Shown here in pieces: positions 40,094 through 50,412 of a stretch of 51,902 bases of DNA. A model generated the notes under the pieces. It made no database searches. It worked only from the letters and a program-made list of their open reading frames with translations, and was not told the DNA's origin. Position numbers and translations under genes: made by a program. Position 1 is the stretch's first letter. Each line of letters begins with the position of its first letter. The stretch spans positions 1 through 51,902 of the forward strand of contig JBBDRF010000019.1 of NCBI GenBank assembly GCA_040905565.1, in the 5' to 3' direction. Origin of the DNA: Phycisphaeraceae bacterium. Lineage in GTDB: Bacteria > Planctomycetota > Phycisphaerae > Phycisphaerales > Zrk34.

Positions 40094-40276
40094 ATGCACG
40101 CCACCGACTACTTCTGCATCCTCTTGAGCCTAGCACTCGTAGCGTTCGGTGCCGGCGTTTTCTTGTCGTGGCTCGAGGCCCCAACCGCGTTCTGGCTGGC
40201 CCTGCTCGTCGGCCTTACCAACGGCCTACTCACCGCCCGCTACTTCCGCCGCCGACGCATGGCAGAACGCGCCTGA
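40094..40276 (+). CDS. Small 2-TM membrane protein
   Basis: 60 aa, two hydrophobic helices, basic C-terminus. Confidence 0.5.
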   Translation: MHATDYFCILLSLALVAFGAGVFLSWLEAPTAFWLALLVGLTNGLLTARYFRRRRMAERA

Positions 40277-40295
40277 CCACACATAGCCCCGCCGC

Positions 40296-40373
40296 GTGTG
40301 GCACTGGTGGCTTGCCCACCAGTGTGTTTTGCACCGGGCCCCGACACTGGTGGACAAGCCACCAGTGCCACAC
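40296..40373. repeat. Family E REP doublet (REPIN)
   Basis: gtgtggcactggtggcttgcccaccagtgt at 40296-40325 and inverted copy at 40344-40373 (29/30). Confidence 0.8.
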
Positions 40374-40582
40374 AACATCCCAGACGCCGTGACTTTCCCC
40401 TCTCTCCTCCCCCCTCCTCCCCCTCCGTGACTCTGTGGTTAAGCCTCTGAAGGGGCCGGCCGAGCCACCCACCGGATTGAGGACAACCCGGCTCTGCCAA
40501 ACGCGCGCAAGAGAAAACCGCCCGGTGGTGATCCCAGGCGGCCTTGCTCAATTGCGATTCGGCCGAAACGCCTTACGGCGTC

Positions 40583-40963
40583 TCAGGCGTTTTTCTTGAC
40601 TCGGACCGGCACACCGCGACGGCGGTCACGCAGACGGCGGGACTTGCCGATGCGGTCACGCAGGAAGTACAGCCGGGCCCGACGGACGTGGCCGTGCCGC
40701 TTGACTTCGATACTCGCCACGCGGGGGCTGTGCAGCGGGAAGATCCGCTCCACGCCTTCGTTCGCCACGATCCGACGCACGGTCACCTTCTGGTTGATGC
40801 CCCGGCCTTTGATGGCGATGATGACGCCGCTGAACACCTGCACGCGTTCTTTGTCGCCTTCGACGATGCGGGTGTGAACGTCGACGGTGTCGCCGACTTC
40901 AACCTTGGGCACTTCGGCCTTGGCGTAGCCGGCTTCGACCTGTTCGATGAGGGTTTGGCTCAT
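40583..40963 (-). CDS. rplS: 50S ribosomal protein L19
   Basis: GDTVDVH...EGDKERVQVFSG...GVERIFPLHSP...VRRARLYFLR. Confidence 0.97.
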   Translation of the reverse strand: MSQTLIEQVEAGYAKAEVPKVEVGDTVDVHTRIVEGDKERVQVFSGVIIAIKGRGINQKVTVRRIVANEGVERIFPLHSPRVASIEVKRHGHVRRARLYFLRDRIGKSRRLRDRRRGVPVRVKKNA

Positions 40964-41011
40964 GATGAAAATCCTCTCTCATTGACGCGGCCTCGTCTGG
41001 GCCGCGATGCT

Positions 41012-41716
41012 TTACGGTTGCGTGGTCCGGTCGTCGAGCAGGTCGGGCCGACGCTGCTCGGTGCGCCGGAGAGCCTGCTGTTTTCGCCATCGCTCGACAG
41101 CGGCGTGGTCGCCACTGAGGAGCACCTGAGGCACCTCTCGGCCCTGCCATTCAGGCGGCCGGGTGTAGTGCGGATGATCGAGCAGACGCTCCGCACCAGC
41201 GCTGAACGAGTCGTGATGCGCCGAATCCTCATGGCCCAGCACGCCGGGCAGCAATCGGACGACCGCATCGATCAGTACCATGGCGGGCAATTCCCCGCCG
41301 CTTAACACGTAGTCGCCGATGCTGATCTCCATCGGCGCCAGTGCATCAATCACACGCTCATCGAGGCCTTCGTAATGCCCCGCGATGATCAGCAGCCGCG
41401 GTTTCGCAGCGAGCTTCTCAACCAGCGGTTGCGTCAGGGGCTGGCCCTGAGGCGTCATCAGGATGCGCGTCGCGGGCGTCGCATCCTCCTGCTCCACAGC
41501 CTGCACAGCATCCCAAAGCGGCTGACAGGCCATGACCATGCCTGGGCCCCCACCGTAGGGCCGATCGTCCACCTTGCCGTGCTTGTTGGCGGTGTACGGG
41601 CGGATATCCGTCAGGTGATACCGGGCCTTCTCCGCCTCCGCAGCCCGTTTGAGGATGCTCGAGCCGAGTACGGGCCCGAACATCTCCGGAAACAGCGTGA
41701 GGACGTCGATTCGCAT
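41012..41716 (-). CDS. trmD: tRNA (guanine37-N1)-methyltransferase
   Basis: [45 protein letters not shown]. Confidence 0.97.
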   Translation of the reverse strand: MRIDVLTLFPEMFGPVLGSSILKRAAEAEKARYHLTDIRPYTANKHGKVDDRPYGGGPGMVMACQPLWDAVQAVEQEDATPATRILMTPQGQPLTQPLVEKLAAKPRLLIIAGHYEGLDERVIDALAPMEISIGDYVLSGGELPAMVLIDAVVRLLPGVLGHEDSAHHDSFSAGAERLLDHPHYTRPPEWQGREVPQVLLSGDHAAVERWRKQQALRRTEQRRPDLLDDRTTQP

Positions 41717-41791
41717 CGTCGCCGTCTCCGGCTGACCCGCCCGCGCCCTCACCGAATCGGCAAGATCACGCACCGGTCAACGGCAGGTTGC

Positions 41792-42073
41792 TCAGCTGGC
41801 CTCGGCGGTCTGCTTCGTGCCGGACTTCGGGTTCACGCCCGACTTCCGAAGCAGCGACGCAACAGTCTGGCTCGGCTGAGCGCCCACGCTGAGCCAATAG
41901 GCGCAGCGATCGGCATCCAGCTCAACCTGCTTCTCAGCAGGCGCCAGGGGGTTGTACCAGCCAAGCTCCTCGATGACACTGCCATCGCGCTTCTGACGCT
42001 GGTCCACCGCTGCGAGGCGGTAAAACGGGCGATTACGGTTGCCCAATCGTTTCAAACGCAGTCGTACGGCCAT
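41792..42073 (-). CDS. rpsP: 30S ribosomal protein S16
   Basis: MAVRLRLKRLG...PFYR...RDG...GAQPS. Confidence 0.97.
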   Translation of the reverse strand: MAVRLRLKRLGNRNRPFYRLAAVDQRQKRDGSVIEELGWYNPLAPAEKQVELDADRCAYWLSVGAQPSQTVASLLRKSGVNPKSGTKQTAEAS

Positions 42074-42230
42074 TGCCGATCTCCGATGCCTTGCTCGTGG
42101 CGTAAGCTAGCTCATGTCCTCATACGCGCACCGGGACCCGGTGGCGAACCGAAGAGTATACCGAGCCCCTCCCCACGAGGCAAGGCCCCTCGCACCCTGG
42201 TGTAGGGCAAACTGTGGGCTAGGCCGGAAA

Positions 42231-42441
42231 ACGAGCCGCGACCGTAAGGGAGCGGTTGTGTCCCAACAACTTGTGAAGGCGTGGGGGTGAAGTGAGATGC
42301 CGCGCTGCCGGTAAGGTTTGTCCGCAGCGCTCGTGAGACGGCTACGCGTCATCACAATGCGTTGCGACCGGACGCACGACCGCTTACTGACGTGCGCGGC
42401 TGGTTGCCGACGGCGCGACGGTTGTCCCCAACCCGGTCGTG
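42231..42441. repeat. Family A REP doublet with a shared linker module
   Basis: 42231-42255 (+) and 42380-42404 (-); 42422-42441 is the exact reverse complement of 22906-22925. Confidence 0.78.
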
Positions 42442-42496
42442 CCCGACGAGTGAGCGGCTGGACCCCTGCCTCAAAATGATCAACAATGGCGGGTCT

Positions 42497-43537
42497 ATGA
42501 ATGCATCCGATCATTTGACGTCCTGGACGGCTCAATCGATGGCTGACCACGTGGCCGGCAGCCTGCACGGGCCCGCCGACCTGCCGATCGTTTCTATGGA
42601 AGCGCTGGATCGCGCCGAGCCGAACCAGCTGACGTTTATCAGCAACGAGCGTTACGCCAAGCGATGGCTCCAAAGCCGATCGTGCGTGGCCCTGGTGCCT
42701 GATGGTCTGGCGGTTAAAGAAGCGGAAGGCCGGGCATTGATCACGGTGCCTGATGTGGACCTGGCCGTGGCGAAAGTGCTTGAGCTGATGGCTCCGCCGG
42801 CCGTGGAGGTGGACGCAGGCGTGCATGCGTCGGCCGTGGTCGATCCCTCAGCTCGGGTCGATAAGACTGCCCGGGTGGGGCCGAACTGTTATGTCGGGCG
42901 TCGCGCGGAGCTGGGGCCGGGCGTGGTGCTGCATGCGAATGTGACGGTGATGGATGATGTGCGTCTTGGGGCTGACTGCGTGCTGTGGCCGGGCGTAGTG
43001 ATTCGCGAACGGTGCACGCTCGGCGACCGGTGCGTGCTGCATCCGAATGTCTCAGTCGGCGCGGACGGCTTCGGCTATCGCCCGGGGCCCGACGGCAGCA
43101 CCATCGTGAAGATCCCGCAGATCGGGACCGTCACCATCGGCGCGGATGTGGAGATCGGCTCAGGTACCTGCATCGACCGTGCGAAGTTCGGCACGACCGA
43201 GATCGGCGCGATGTGCAAGCTCGATAACCTCGTGCAGATCGGCCACAACTGCCGCGTCGGTGAGAGAGTCATTATTGCAGGCAAGGCGGGGCTGGCGGGC
43301 TCGGTCACGGTGGGCGACGACGCGGTCATCGGCGGCGCAGCGATCCTGCGTGACCACGTGACCATCGGTGCTGCGGCGAAGATCGCGGGCTTCGCGGGTG
43401 TCATGAGCGACGTGCCTTCCGGTGCCACGTGGGCCGGTTATCCCGCTCAGGATGCGAAGATCGCGCTGCGTGAGCAGGCCGCACTGCGGAAACTGCCCGA
43501 CCTGGCGCGATCGCTGCGAAAACGCCAGAATCCATAG
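42497..43537 (+). CDS. lpxD: UDP-3-O-acylglucosamine N-acyltransferase
   Basis: Hexapeptide repeats, GADGFGY, KIPQIG, CIDRA, LDNLVQIGHN. Confidence 0.95.
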   Translation: MNASDHLTSWTAQSMADHVAGSLHGPADLPIVSMEALDRAEPNQLTFISNERYAKRWLQSRSCVALVPDGLAVKEAEGRALITVPDVDLAVAKVLELMAPPAVEVDAGVHASAVVDPSARVDKTARVGPNCYVGRRAELGPGVVLHANVTVMDDVRLGADCVLWPGVVIRERCTLGDRCVLHPNVSVGADGFGYRPGPDGSTIVKIPQIGTVTIGADVEIGSGTCIDRAKFGTTEIGAMCKLDNLVQIGHNCRVGERVIIAGKAGLAGSVTVGDDAVIGGAAILRDHVTIGAAAKIAGFAGVMSDVPSGATWAGYPAQDAKIALREQAALRKLPDLARSLRKRQNP

Positions 43538-43645
43538 CGGTGGCCGCGACGCAACACGTCGCCGGTACTTCCTCAACTACTTAACAACAACGCCCGCAGC
43601 GGTGAAACTGTGCATCGGGCGGTAGTCTGCTATCATCTGCGTCCT

Positions 43646-44980
43646 ATGGCTGTCGAGATTGCCAACCAACGTACCATTGCCCGCACGGCGACCATTGAAG
43701 GGCCCGGCCTTTTCATGGGGGAGCATGCCGTCGTGCGCTTCCGAGCTGCGCCGGCGAACCACGGCATCGTCTTCATCCGACTGGATGTCACCGACGGCGG
43801 CGAACCGGTCCGCATCCCCGCCATCGTGGCGAATGTGACCAAACGCTCGCGGCGAACCTCGCTACGGCGGGGGCCGGTTTCGATCGAAACGTGTGAGCAT
43901 GTGCTTTCGGCGCTGGCGGGGCTGGGCATCGACAACCTGCTCATTGAGGTGCATGGTCCGGAGCTGCCGGGCGTCGATGGGTCGGCGCAACCCTACGTCG
44001 AGATTCTTCAGGAGGCGGGTCTGCTGGAGCAGGATCAGCCCCGGCGGACGTTCACCGTGACCGAGCCGATCACGGTCGAAGACGGCGACGCGATGATCGC
44101 GGCCCTCCCCGCCGACCTGCCCCACATGCAGGTCATTTACGACTTGGATTACGGCGTAACTGGGCCGATTAAGAAGCAGCTATACGCGTTTAACTCCAAT
44201 AATGGCGACTACATTCATAACATCGCTCCAGCACGGACTTTCGTGACGGAAGCCGAGGCCACGGCCCTGCGTGAAGCGGGGCTGGGGACGCATCTGGGTC
44301 CTGACGATGTGCTGGTGATCGGCGACGACGGACCGCTCGGAAAAAGCGGTCAGCGGTTCGAGGACGAGCCCGTCCGCCATAAGATTCTGGACGTGCTGGG
44401 CGACCTGGCGCTGGTGGGTTGCCAGATTCGCGGGCGGATTGTCGCTTACAAATCCGGCCACGCCCTGAACCATCAGCTCGCAAGACAGCTGGTGAAGATG
44501 ATGGTCGCCCAGCGGCACCGTTCGATGCTGCGTAGCGATGGGCTGATTGACATCCGCCGGATACAGCGTATTTTGCCCCATCGTTATCCGATGCTGTTGA
44601 TCGACCGCGTGCTGGAGATCGAGGAGGATCGGCGTGCGATCGGCGTGAAAAACGTCACGATCAATGAGCAGTTTCTTCAAGGTCACTTCCCCGGGACGCC
44701 GATCATGCCCGGGGTGCTGATCGTGGAAGCCATGGCGCAACTTTCAGGCGTCCTGCTCTCGAACAAGCTGGAACACACGGGCAAGTTGGCCGTATTGTTG
44801 TCGATGGACAAAGTGAAGCTTCGTCGTCCGGTGACGCCAGGCGATCAACTGGTGATCGAAGCCGAGACGATCCGGGTGAAAAGTCGCACGGGGCACACGC
44901 GTTGCCGGGCTTTCGTTGGGGCGCATCTCGCTGCCGAGGCGCAAATTAAGTTCATGCTGGTTGATGCTGAGCAGGATTGA
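43646..44980 (+). CDS. lpxC: Bifunctional LpxC/FabZ
   Basis: TCEHVLSAL, DGSA, APARTF, RHKILDVLGDL; then LPHRYPMLLIDR, GHFPGTPIMPGVLIVEAMAQ. Confidence 0.95.
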   Translation: MAVEIANQRTIARTATIEGPGLFMGEHAVVRFRAAPANHGIVFIRLDVTDGGEPVRIPAIVANVTKRSRRTSLRRGPVSIETCEHVLSALAGLGIDNLLIEVHGPELPGVDGSAQPYVEILQEAGLLEQDQPRRTFTVTEPITVEDGDAMIAALPADLPHMQVIYDLDYGVTGPIKKQLYAFNSNNGDYIHNIAPARTFVTEAEATALREAGLGTHLGPDDVLVIGDDGPLGKSGQRFEDEPVRHKILDVLGDLALVGCQIRGRIVAYKSGHALNHQLARQLVKMMVAQRHRSMLRSDGLIDIRRIQRILPHRYPMLLIDRVLEIEEDRRAIGVKNVTINEQFLQGHFPGTPIMPGVLIVEAMAQLSGVLLSNKLEHTGKLAVLLSMDKVKLRRPVTPGDQLVIEAETIRVKSRTGHTRCRAFVGAHLAAEAQIKFMLVDAEQD

Positions 44981-45149
44981 CGATTGAGAATGAGTCGGCT
45001 TCGCTTAGTCGGGCCGCCGCCGTTTGCTGAGGGAAGCTGGAGCCATCTGATGACATACGCCATGCAGCGACGACATCTGCAAACGCCCCGGCAGAACCCG
45101 GCACACCTGCGTGCCCGCCTATTCGCTGCCCTTGAGAGAGTCTCGGTCG

Positions 45150-46001
45150 ATGCCTGATATTCACCACACTGCCATCGTCCATCCCCATGCCGAGTTGGCT
45201 GACGACGTGAGCGTCGGGCCTTATTCGCTTGTGGGGCCTGACGTTGTGATCGGGCCTGGGACGAGCGTCGGCGCTCACTGCGTGGTCGAGAACCACACGA
45301 GCATCGGCGCTCACAACCGCATCGGCCACCACGTGCACCTGGGCGGGCTGCCTCAGGACCTCAAGTACCGCGGCGAGCTGGCCACGGTCGAAATCGGCGA
45401 CAACAACGAGATTCGTGAGAACGTAACCGTCCACATCGGCACGGAAAACGGCGGCGGGTCCACGTCCATCGGCTCGAACAACTTTCTGATGGTCGGTGCC
45501 CACATCGCCCACGACTCGCACATCGGCGACAACTGCATCCTCTCGAACAACGTGATGCTGGCGGGCCACATCATCGTCAACGATCACGCGATCATCTCGG
45601 GCGGGGCGGCGGTGACGCACTACGTGACGATCGGTCGCTATGCGTTTGTCGGTGGATTGGCGGGGGTTGTGCACGATTGCCCGCCGTTCATGGTCAGCGA
45701 CGGGCATCCGAACCGGGTCCGCACCGTGAATACGATCGGGCTGGCACGCCATCAGTTCGATGCGACGACGATCGACCATCTCAAGCGAGCTTACATCGCG
45801 CTTTACGGCCACCGGGCCCGCAAGAACCACAGCCAGGGTCAGGGCGGGTACGCGAATCTGGACCTGCTCGAACGCGACCTCGGCGACGACCCAGCCGTCA
45901 TGGAACTCGTCGAATTCATCCGCCGATCCGCAGCGGCGCCCAACGGGCGGTTCGCGGAGGTGCATCGACCGGACAATAAGCGGACCGCGCCGACGCGGTG
46001 A
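45150..46001 (+). CDS. lpxA: UDP-N-acetylglucosamine O-acyltransferase
   Basis: PQDLKY, IRENVTVHIGT, HIAHD, LAGH. Confidence 0.94.
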   Translation: MPDIHHTAIVHPHAELADDVSVGPYSLVGPDVVIGPGTSVGAHCVVENHTSIGAHNRIGHHVHLGGLPQDLKYRGELATVEIGDNNEIRENVTVHIGTENGGGSTSIGSNNFLMVGAHIAHDSHIGDNCILSNNVMLAGHIIVNDHAIISGGAAVTHYVTIGRYAFVGGLAGVVHDCPPFMVSDGHPNRVRTVNTIGLARHQFDATTIDHLKRAYIALYGHRARKNHSQGQGGYANLDLLERDLGDDPAVMELVEFIRRSAAAPNGRFAEVHRPDNKRTAPTR

Positions 46002-46025
46002 CGTTTTTTTTGAATCGAATTACGG

Positions 46026-46055
46026 AGCCGGGCTGTCCTCAGCCCGGTTTTTTTT
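46026..46055 (+). terminator. Intrinsic terminator after lpxA
   Basis: agccgggctg-tcct-cagcccgg-tttttttt. Confidence 0.8.
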
Positions 46056-46144
46056 GTGCGCTGTGGGTGGTTCTAGAGAAACGGATGCGCTTCAGGTGTC
46101 GCGATTTTGGCGAATGTAGACGCGCGCAAAGTGCTGGCGCACAA

Positions 46145-46169
46145 CCGCTCCCTTACGGTCGCGGCTCGT
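46145..46169 (-). repeat. Single family A REP
   Basis: ccgctcccttacggtcgcggctcgt, preceded by the same gcgcgcaaa..tggcgcacaa leader seen at 23041-23059 and 29538-29559. Confidence 0.8.
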
Positions 46170-46193
46170 TGGCGTGCTGCGTCTGCCGTCGCT

Positions 46194-47132
46194 CTAGAAG
46201 ATGCTGGTGACTTGTTTTTTCATGTCGCGGGTGGCGGCTGCGACGGCGTCGCGCCAGTCGGTGTCGGGTTGCTGGGCGAAGGCGTAGGTGATGGAGCGGC
46301 TGGCGGTGATGAGGGCCCCGCGCTTGTCGGCGTTGAAGCAGGGGCGGATGTCTTCGATGCTGCCGCCTTGTGCGCCGAATCCGGGGACAAGGAAGATCTG
46401 ACGGGGCATGATCTTGCGGAGGCGGGCGGCATCATCAGGCTTGGTCGCGCCGACCACGGCACCGAGGAGGCTGTAGCCGCTTTGGCCGAGGTAGCGTGAG
46501 TCGCTGCCGAGGTCGGCGACGAGTTCGGCGACGGCCTCGGCGACGGTGCGGCCGTCGTTGAGCATGAGCGCCTGGATGGCGTCGCCGCCTGGGTTGGAGG
46601 TGCGGACGAGGGCGAACACGCCCTTCTCTTCCTGGAGGGCGACTTCGAGGAAGGGGCGGAGGCCGTCGTCGCCGAAGTAGGGGTTGACGGTGACGGCATC
46701 GGGCGAGACGAGGTCGTCGGCATCGTCGTCGTCGGGCATGTCGGGATCATTGTAGGGGCCGGGGTCGGTGAGGGTCGCGACGGCGTAGTGGGCGGCGGTG
46801 GTGCCGATGTCGCCTCGCTTGGCGTCGCCGATGACGATGAGGTCACGCGAGACGGCAGCTTCGGTGAGCGAGTAGTAAGCCTGGACGCCGTCGGGCCCGT
46901 AGCGCTCGAAGCAGGCCGATTGCAGCTTCACGCAGGGCACGAGCGGGGCGACGATCTCGAGCAGTTCCATGACGAATTCGAAGACGGCGTCGACGCGGCC
47001 GGCGGGGCTGTCCTCGCGCTCCTGCTGAAGGCCGGCGGGCAGGCGCTCGAAAACAGGGTCGATGCCGACGCAAACAGGGGCGGCATCTTTCGCGGCGATG
47101 GCTTCGAACAGTTGGTCAGCGAAGTGTGGCAT
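46194..47132 (-). CDS. pyrF: Orotidine-5'-phosphate decarboxylase
   Basis: CVGIDP, DAKRGDIGTT, LVRTSNP, GAVVGAT, LVPGFGAQGG. Confidence 0.94.
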   Translation of the reverse strand: MPHFADQLFEAIAAKDAAPVCVGIDPVFERLPAGLQQEREDSPAGRVDAVFEFVMELLEIVAPLVPCVKLQSACFERYGPDGVQAYYSLTEAAVSRDLIVIGDAKRGDIGTTAAHYAVATLTDPGPYNDPDMPDDDDADDLVSPDAVTVNPYFGDDGLRPFLEVALQEEKGVFALVRTSNPGGDAIQALMLNDGRTVAEAVAELVADLGSDSRYLGQSGYSLLGAVVGATKPDDAARLRKIMPRQIFLVPGFGAQGGSIEDIRPCFNADKRGALITASRSITYAFAQQPDTDWRDAVAAATRDMKKQVTSIF

Positions 47133-47142
47133 CAGGAAAAAC

Positions 47143-48063
47143 TCAGGGTGAAGATGATGAGAGAACCGCCCGGCTGGCGCGGCGCTGAATGAGGTACTGG
47201 TAGAGCCAGCCGAGGCCGAAGAGCAGGCTGAGGACGGCGACGACGCACGCGCCGGGACTCAGTGCGCCGATTTCCAAGCTGAGCATTAAGCCGCCGGCTG
47301 CGCCGAGGATGCCGACGGTGAGGCTGAGGAGCAGGACGGGGAAGGTGCGCTGGCTGAGCATGAGGGCGGTGGCGCCGGGGACGATGAGCAGCGCGGAGAC
47401 GAGGACAAGCCCGACGAGGCGGATGCTGACGACGACGACGAGGGCAACGAGGACGAGGACGAGATAGTGCATGAACTTTGAGCGGACGCCGAACACGCGG
47501 CAGACGGTTTCATCGAAGGCGAAGAAGAGCAGGTGTCGCCAAGTGATGAAGCCTGCGGCGATGACCACGAAGGCCATGACGAGGGCGGCGATCATGCCCT
47601 CGCGGCCGACGTTGAGCATGGAGCCGAAGAGGATGGCTTCCCAGGGCGGGGAGTAGCCGACCGCGCCGACCCACTCGCGGTACGGGACCCAAGCTTGAAG
47701 TTCAACGCGGAGGTTTTGCGCGAGCACGCCCCATGCCATGGTGGCGGCGAGGAGGATGCCGATGGCGGTGTCGGCTTCGACGCGCTTGCGGCGGGTCATC
47801 GCGCCGATGAGGACGGCGGTGCCGAGGCAGAAGGCGAAGACGATGAGGTCATGCTGCCAGTAGTAGGCGGCTCCGGTGTAGCCGAGCAGGGCGGCGGTGC
47901 CGACGCCGCCGAAGCCAGCGTGGCTGATGCCCTGGCCGATGAAGGCCATGCGTTTGAGGACGACGAGGACGCTGAGCAGCGAGCAAACAGCGCCGACCGC
48001 CACGGCTGCAACGAGGGCGTGGAGGACGTAGGAACGGGTCGCGAGCAATTCGAAAGCCTGCAT
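47143..48063 (-). CDS. Metal (Mn/Zn/Fe) ABC transporter permease
   Basis: KRMAFIGQGISHAGFGG, DTAIG, ILFGS, VGLVLVSALLIVP. Confidence 0.9.
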   Translation of the reverse strand: MQAFELLATRSYVLHALVAAVAVGAVCSLLSVLVVLKRMAFIGQGISHAGFGGVGTAALLGYTGAAYYWQHDLIVFAFCLGTAVLIGAMTRRKRVEADTAIGILLAATMAWGVLAQNLRVELQAWVPYREWVGAVGYSPPWEAILFGSMLNVGREGMIAALVMAFVVIAAGFITWRHLLFFAFDETVCRVFGVRSKFMHYLVLVLVALVVVVSIRLVGLVLVSALLIVPGATALMLSQRTFPVLLLSLTVGILGAAGGLMLSLEIGALSPGACVVAVLSLLFGLGWLYQYLIQRRASRAVLSSSSP

Positions 48064-48219
48064 CACCGGAAGTGTAGCGGAAACTATTGGCGTTTGGTTA
48101 TTGACGATTGTTGATTTGTTATTGGGGGATGCGTGGGCGGCGTGGTCGGTGGTGGGCGTCGGCACACAGCACCCGTCGGGCTGCTCTGAGGCACCCGCGC
48201 GGTGACCCGGCGGCCAGAG

Positions 48220-48247
48220 CACTGGTGGGCCAAGCCACCAGTGGCAC
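48220..48247 (-). repeat. Single family E REP
   Basis: cactggtgggccaagccaccagtggcac. Confidence 0.7.
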
Positions 48248-48278
48248 GCAATTGCTTGGGCGGAGGGTGTGGGGGGGG

Positions 48279-49274
48279 TCAGCGGATGCCGGCGTTTTTG
48301 TGGGGATAGGGGAGGGTGCCGCGGCTGCGGTATTGTTGGGTTCGCAGATCTCGGCGGTGAATGGTGGTCGCGCCCTGGGTGCGGAGGTTGGTTTGCGAGC
48401 CTTGCAGGGTGACATTCACCTGGGGCTGCGTGGTGATGTTGATGCGGGGCGCGGGGGGCCTGATGGCCTGGTCGACGCCGATCTGTCGATGGACGTAGTT
48501 GGGGGCGAGGATGATCAAGCTGCCCTGGAAGTAGCGGATGGAGCCGGCGGAGCCGCCGGTGTAGCGCCAGATGTCGGGTTCGACGGTTTCGCGGATGAGG
48601 TCGGCGATCTGCTGGGCACGTTCTTCACGTGTGGCAGCTTCTTCGTCGTCGTCCTGATTGTCGTCGAAGAGGCCGCCCCCCCCACCGCCGCCGCCGCCGC
48701 CACCGCCTCTACCACCACGCCCGCCCCCGCCACCGCGGTTGTCGCCACGGGTGATTTCGGCGAGATCGAATGAGGGAGCGTTGGTGAAGTGCGGGATCTC
48801 CATCAGCAGATCTTCGATGGGATAGATACGGAGCACGGGGTTGGCGTTGGCCTGCTGCTTGGTTAGGACCTGGACGTACCAGGGGGTCGGCTCCCAGATG
48901 AGGGAAGCATCGAAAGCTTCGATCTGGCGGACGACGATGTCGATGGCGCCGGCGGCGGTGAGGCCGGCGGGGATCTGGACGGCCTGCTCGGGGTCGATGC
49001 CGTCGAGGTCGAGGCGATCCCAGTTGATGACGAATTGGATGTCGGCGCGGTCGGCGATCCAGCTAAGGGCTTCGCGTGCGGTGACATCTTCGAGGGCGGT
49101 TTCGCCGAGCGGTCGGCTGAGCTTCATGGCCATGGTGACCTGCCGTTGCTGCTGCTCGGCCTGGCGTTCGCGGCGGACGTGGGCGATGCGCTCGGAGAGG
49201 GATTGGGCCCAGGCATCACCGACCATCAAGAAGGAAAGCCCGATAACGGCGATCGACAGCAGAGGCGGCTTCAT
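48279..49274 (-). CDS. Secreted hypothetical protein with secretin-N/STN-like segments and a Gly-rich linker
   Basis: Signal peptide; QFVINWDRL, LRIYPIEDLL, LIRETVEPDIW...GSIRYFQGSLII...VHRQI. Confidence 0.65.
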   Translation of the reverse strand: MKPPLLSIAVIGLSFLMVGDAWAQSLSERIAHVRRERQAEQQQRQVTMAMKLSRPLGETALEDVTAREALSWIADRADIQFVINWDRLDLDGIDPEQAVQIPAGLTAAGAIDIVVRQIEAFDASLIWEPTPWYVQVLTKQQANANPVLRIYPIEDLLMEIPHFTNAPSFDLAEITRGDNRGGGGGRGGRGGGGGGGGGGGGLFDDNQDDDEEAATREERAQQIADLIRETVEPDIWRYTGGSAGSIRYFQGSLIILAPNYVHRQIGVDQAIRPPAPRINITTQPQVNVTLQGSQTNLRTQGATTIHRRDLRTQQYRSRGTLPYPHKNAGIR

Positions 49275-49503
49275 GGGATGCTCCTGATTAACCCGGACCG
49301 AGGCTTTTTCATGGTAGCCCGGCGGAGCATCCGAAGCCACAAGAAAAGCGATGCTTTCCGGCTGTTTATACCCCGCAGCCCCTGCTGGCGCATGGGGCAA
49401 ATGCCCTGAAATCTAGCCAAAATGTTTGGCATTTTGCACCCGGAGAAAGTACCTTCGTAGTGGAACCCTCAGCTGTTTTTCCTTTTCACTAAGGCACCGG
49501 ACG

Positions 49504-50409
49504 ATGATTTCAGTGGTTGTGCCCGCTCATAATGAATCGGACGTGATCGGGCGATGCCTGGGCGCGATTCTGAGTGACGCCGACATCGGCGAGCTGGACG
49601 TGGTGGTGGTCTGCAACGCCTGCACGGACGACACGGCCGAGATTGCGCGCCGCTTCGGGCCGGACGTGCGCGTGCTGGAGACGGACGTGCCGGGCAAGCC
49701 GAACGCGCTGAACATGGGCGACCGGGTGGCACAACACTTTCCGCGCATCTATGTGGATGCGGATGTGGTGATGGCGACGGAGGCGGTTCGGCAGGTGGCC
49801 GAAGCGCTGGGCGATGAGCAGGTGCTGGCGGCGGCGCCGCGGCCTCGGATCAATCTGCAAGGGCGGAACTGGCTGATTCGTTCGTACTATCGCATCTGGA
49901 CCAATCTGCCTTACTGTCGTGAGGAGATGGTGGGGTCCGGGGTGTATGCACTATCGGAGGCGGGGCGAGAGGCATTTGGCGATTTTCCGGAGCTGCTGGC
50001 TGAGGATGATTTCATTCGGCTGACGTATCCGAAAGAGCGACGCAAGCAGGTGAGCGAAGCGTCGTTCCAGATCGATGCGCCGACGAGCTTTTGGGCGCTG
50101 GTGAAAATTCGCTGTCGCTGGGCGCGGTCGAACGATCAGATCGATGCGACGTATCCGCACCTTCGCAGTAACGATAAGCGTGATTACAACGGGCCGTTGC
50201 GTGAGCTGGTGGGGCAGCCGGGGGCGTGGCCGGCGATGTTCGTTTATGCGTTTGTGGTGGTGACGGCTCGGCTGGTGGGCAAGTGGCAGATCCGCTTCGC
50301 AGCGAACCCGTGGAACTGGTCGCGCGATGCGACGGCACGCGAAGCGGCGGTGGGAACCGAAGCGGCGTACGAACGCACCGAACGCGAAACGGTGAAGACG
50401 CGGGTTTAG
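49504..50409 (+). CDS. Glycosyltransferase family 2
   Basis: ISVVVPAHNE, NACTDDT, GKPNALN, YVDAD (DxD), AEDD. Confidence 0.9.
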   Translation: MISVVVPAHNESDVIGRCLGAILSDADIGELDVVVVCNACTDDTAEIARRFGPDVRVLETDVPGKPNALNMGDRVAQHFPRIYVDADVVMATEAVRQVAEALGDEQVLAAAPRPRINLQGRNWLIRSYYRIWTNLPYCREEMVGSGVYALSEAGREAFGDFPELLAEDDFIRLTYPKERRKQVSEASFQIDAPTSFWALVKIRCRWARSNDQIDATYPHLRSNDKRDYNGPLRELVGQPGAWPAMFVYAFVVVTARLVGKWQIRFAANPWNWSRDATAREAAVGTEAAYERTERETVKTRV

Positions 50410-50412
50410 CTT

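Noticed and set aside
40423..40442. ctccgtgactctgtggttaa, possible further repeat family
   Set aside because: Single copy in the window; cannot be supported
40583..42073. rpsP-trmD-rplS without rimM
   Set aside because: Absence from this operon is a recurrent arrangement; genome-wide loss cannot be judged from this window
43646..44980. LpxC-FabZ fusion
   Set aside because: Well-known architecture in Bacteroidota and PVC lineages
22837..46169. Recurrent 25-bp repeat considered as CRISPR
   Set aside because: Copies are dispersed and inverted, with no regular spacers and no cas genes
46700..46770. Acidic insertion in PyrF
   Set aside because: Probably a surface loop; catalytic motifs are intact
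48670..48740. ccg/cca-rich low-complexity tract
   Set aside because: Encodes a poly-Gly linker; ordinary for secreted proteins of this type
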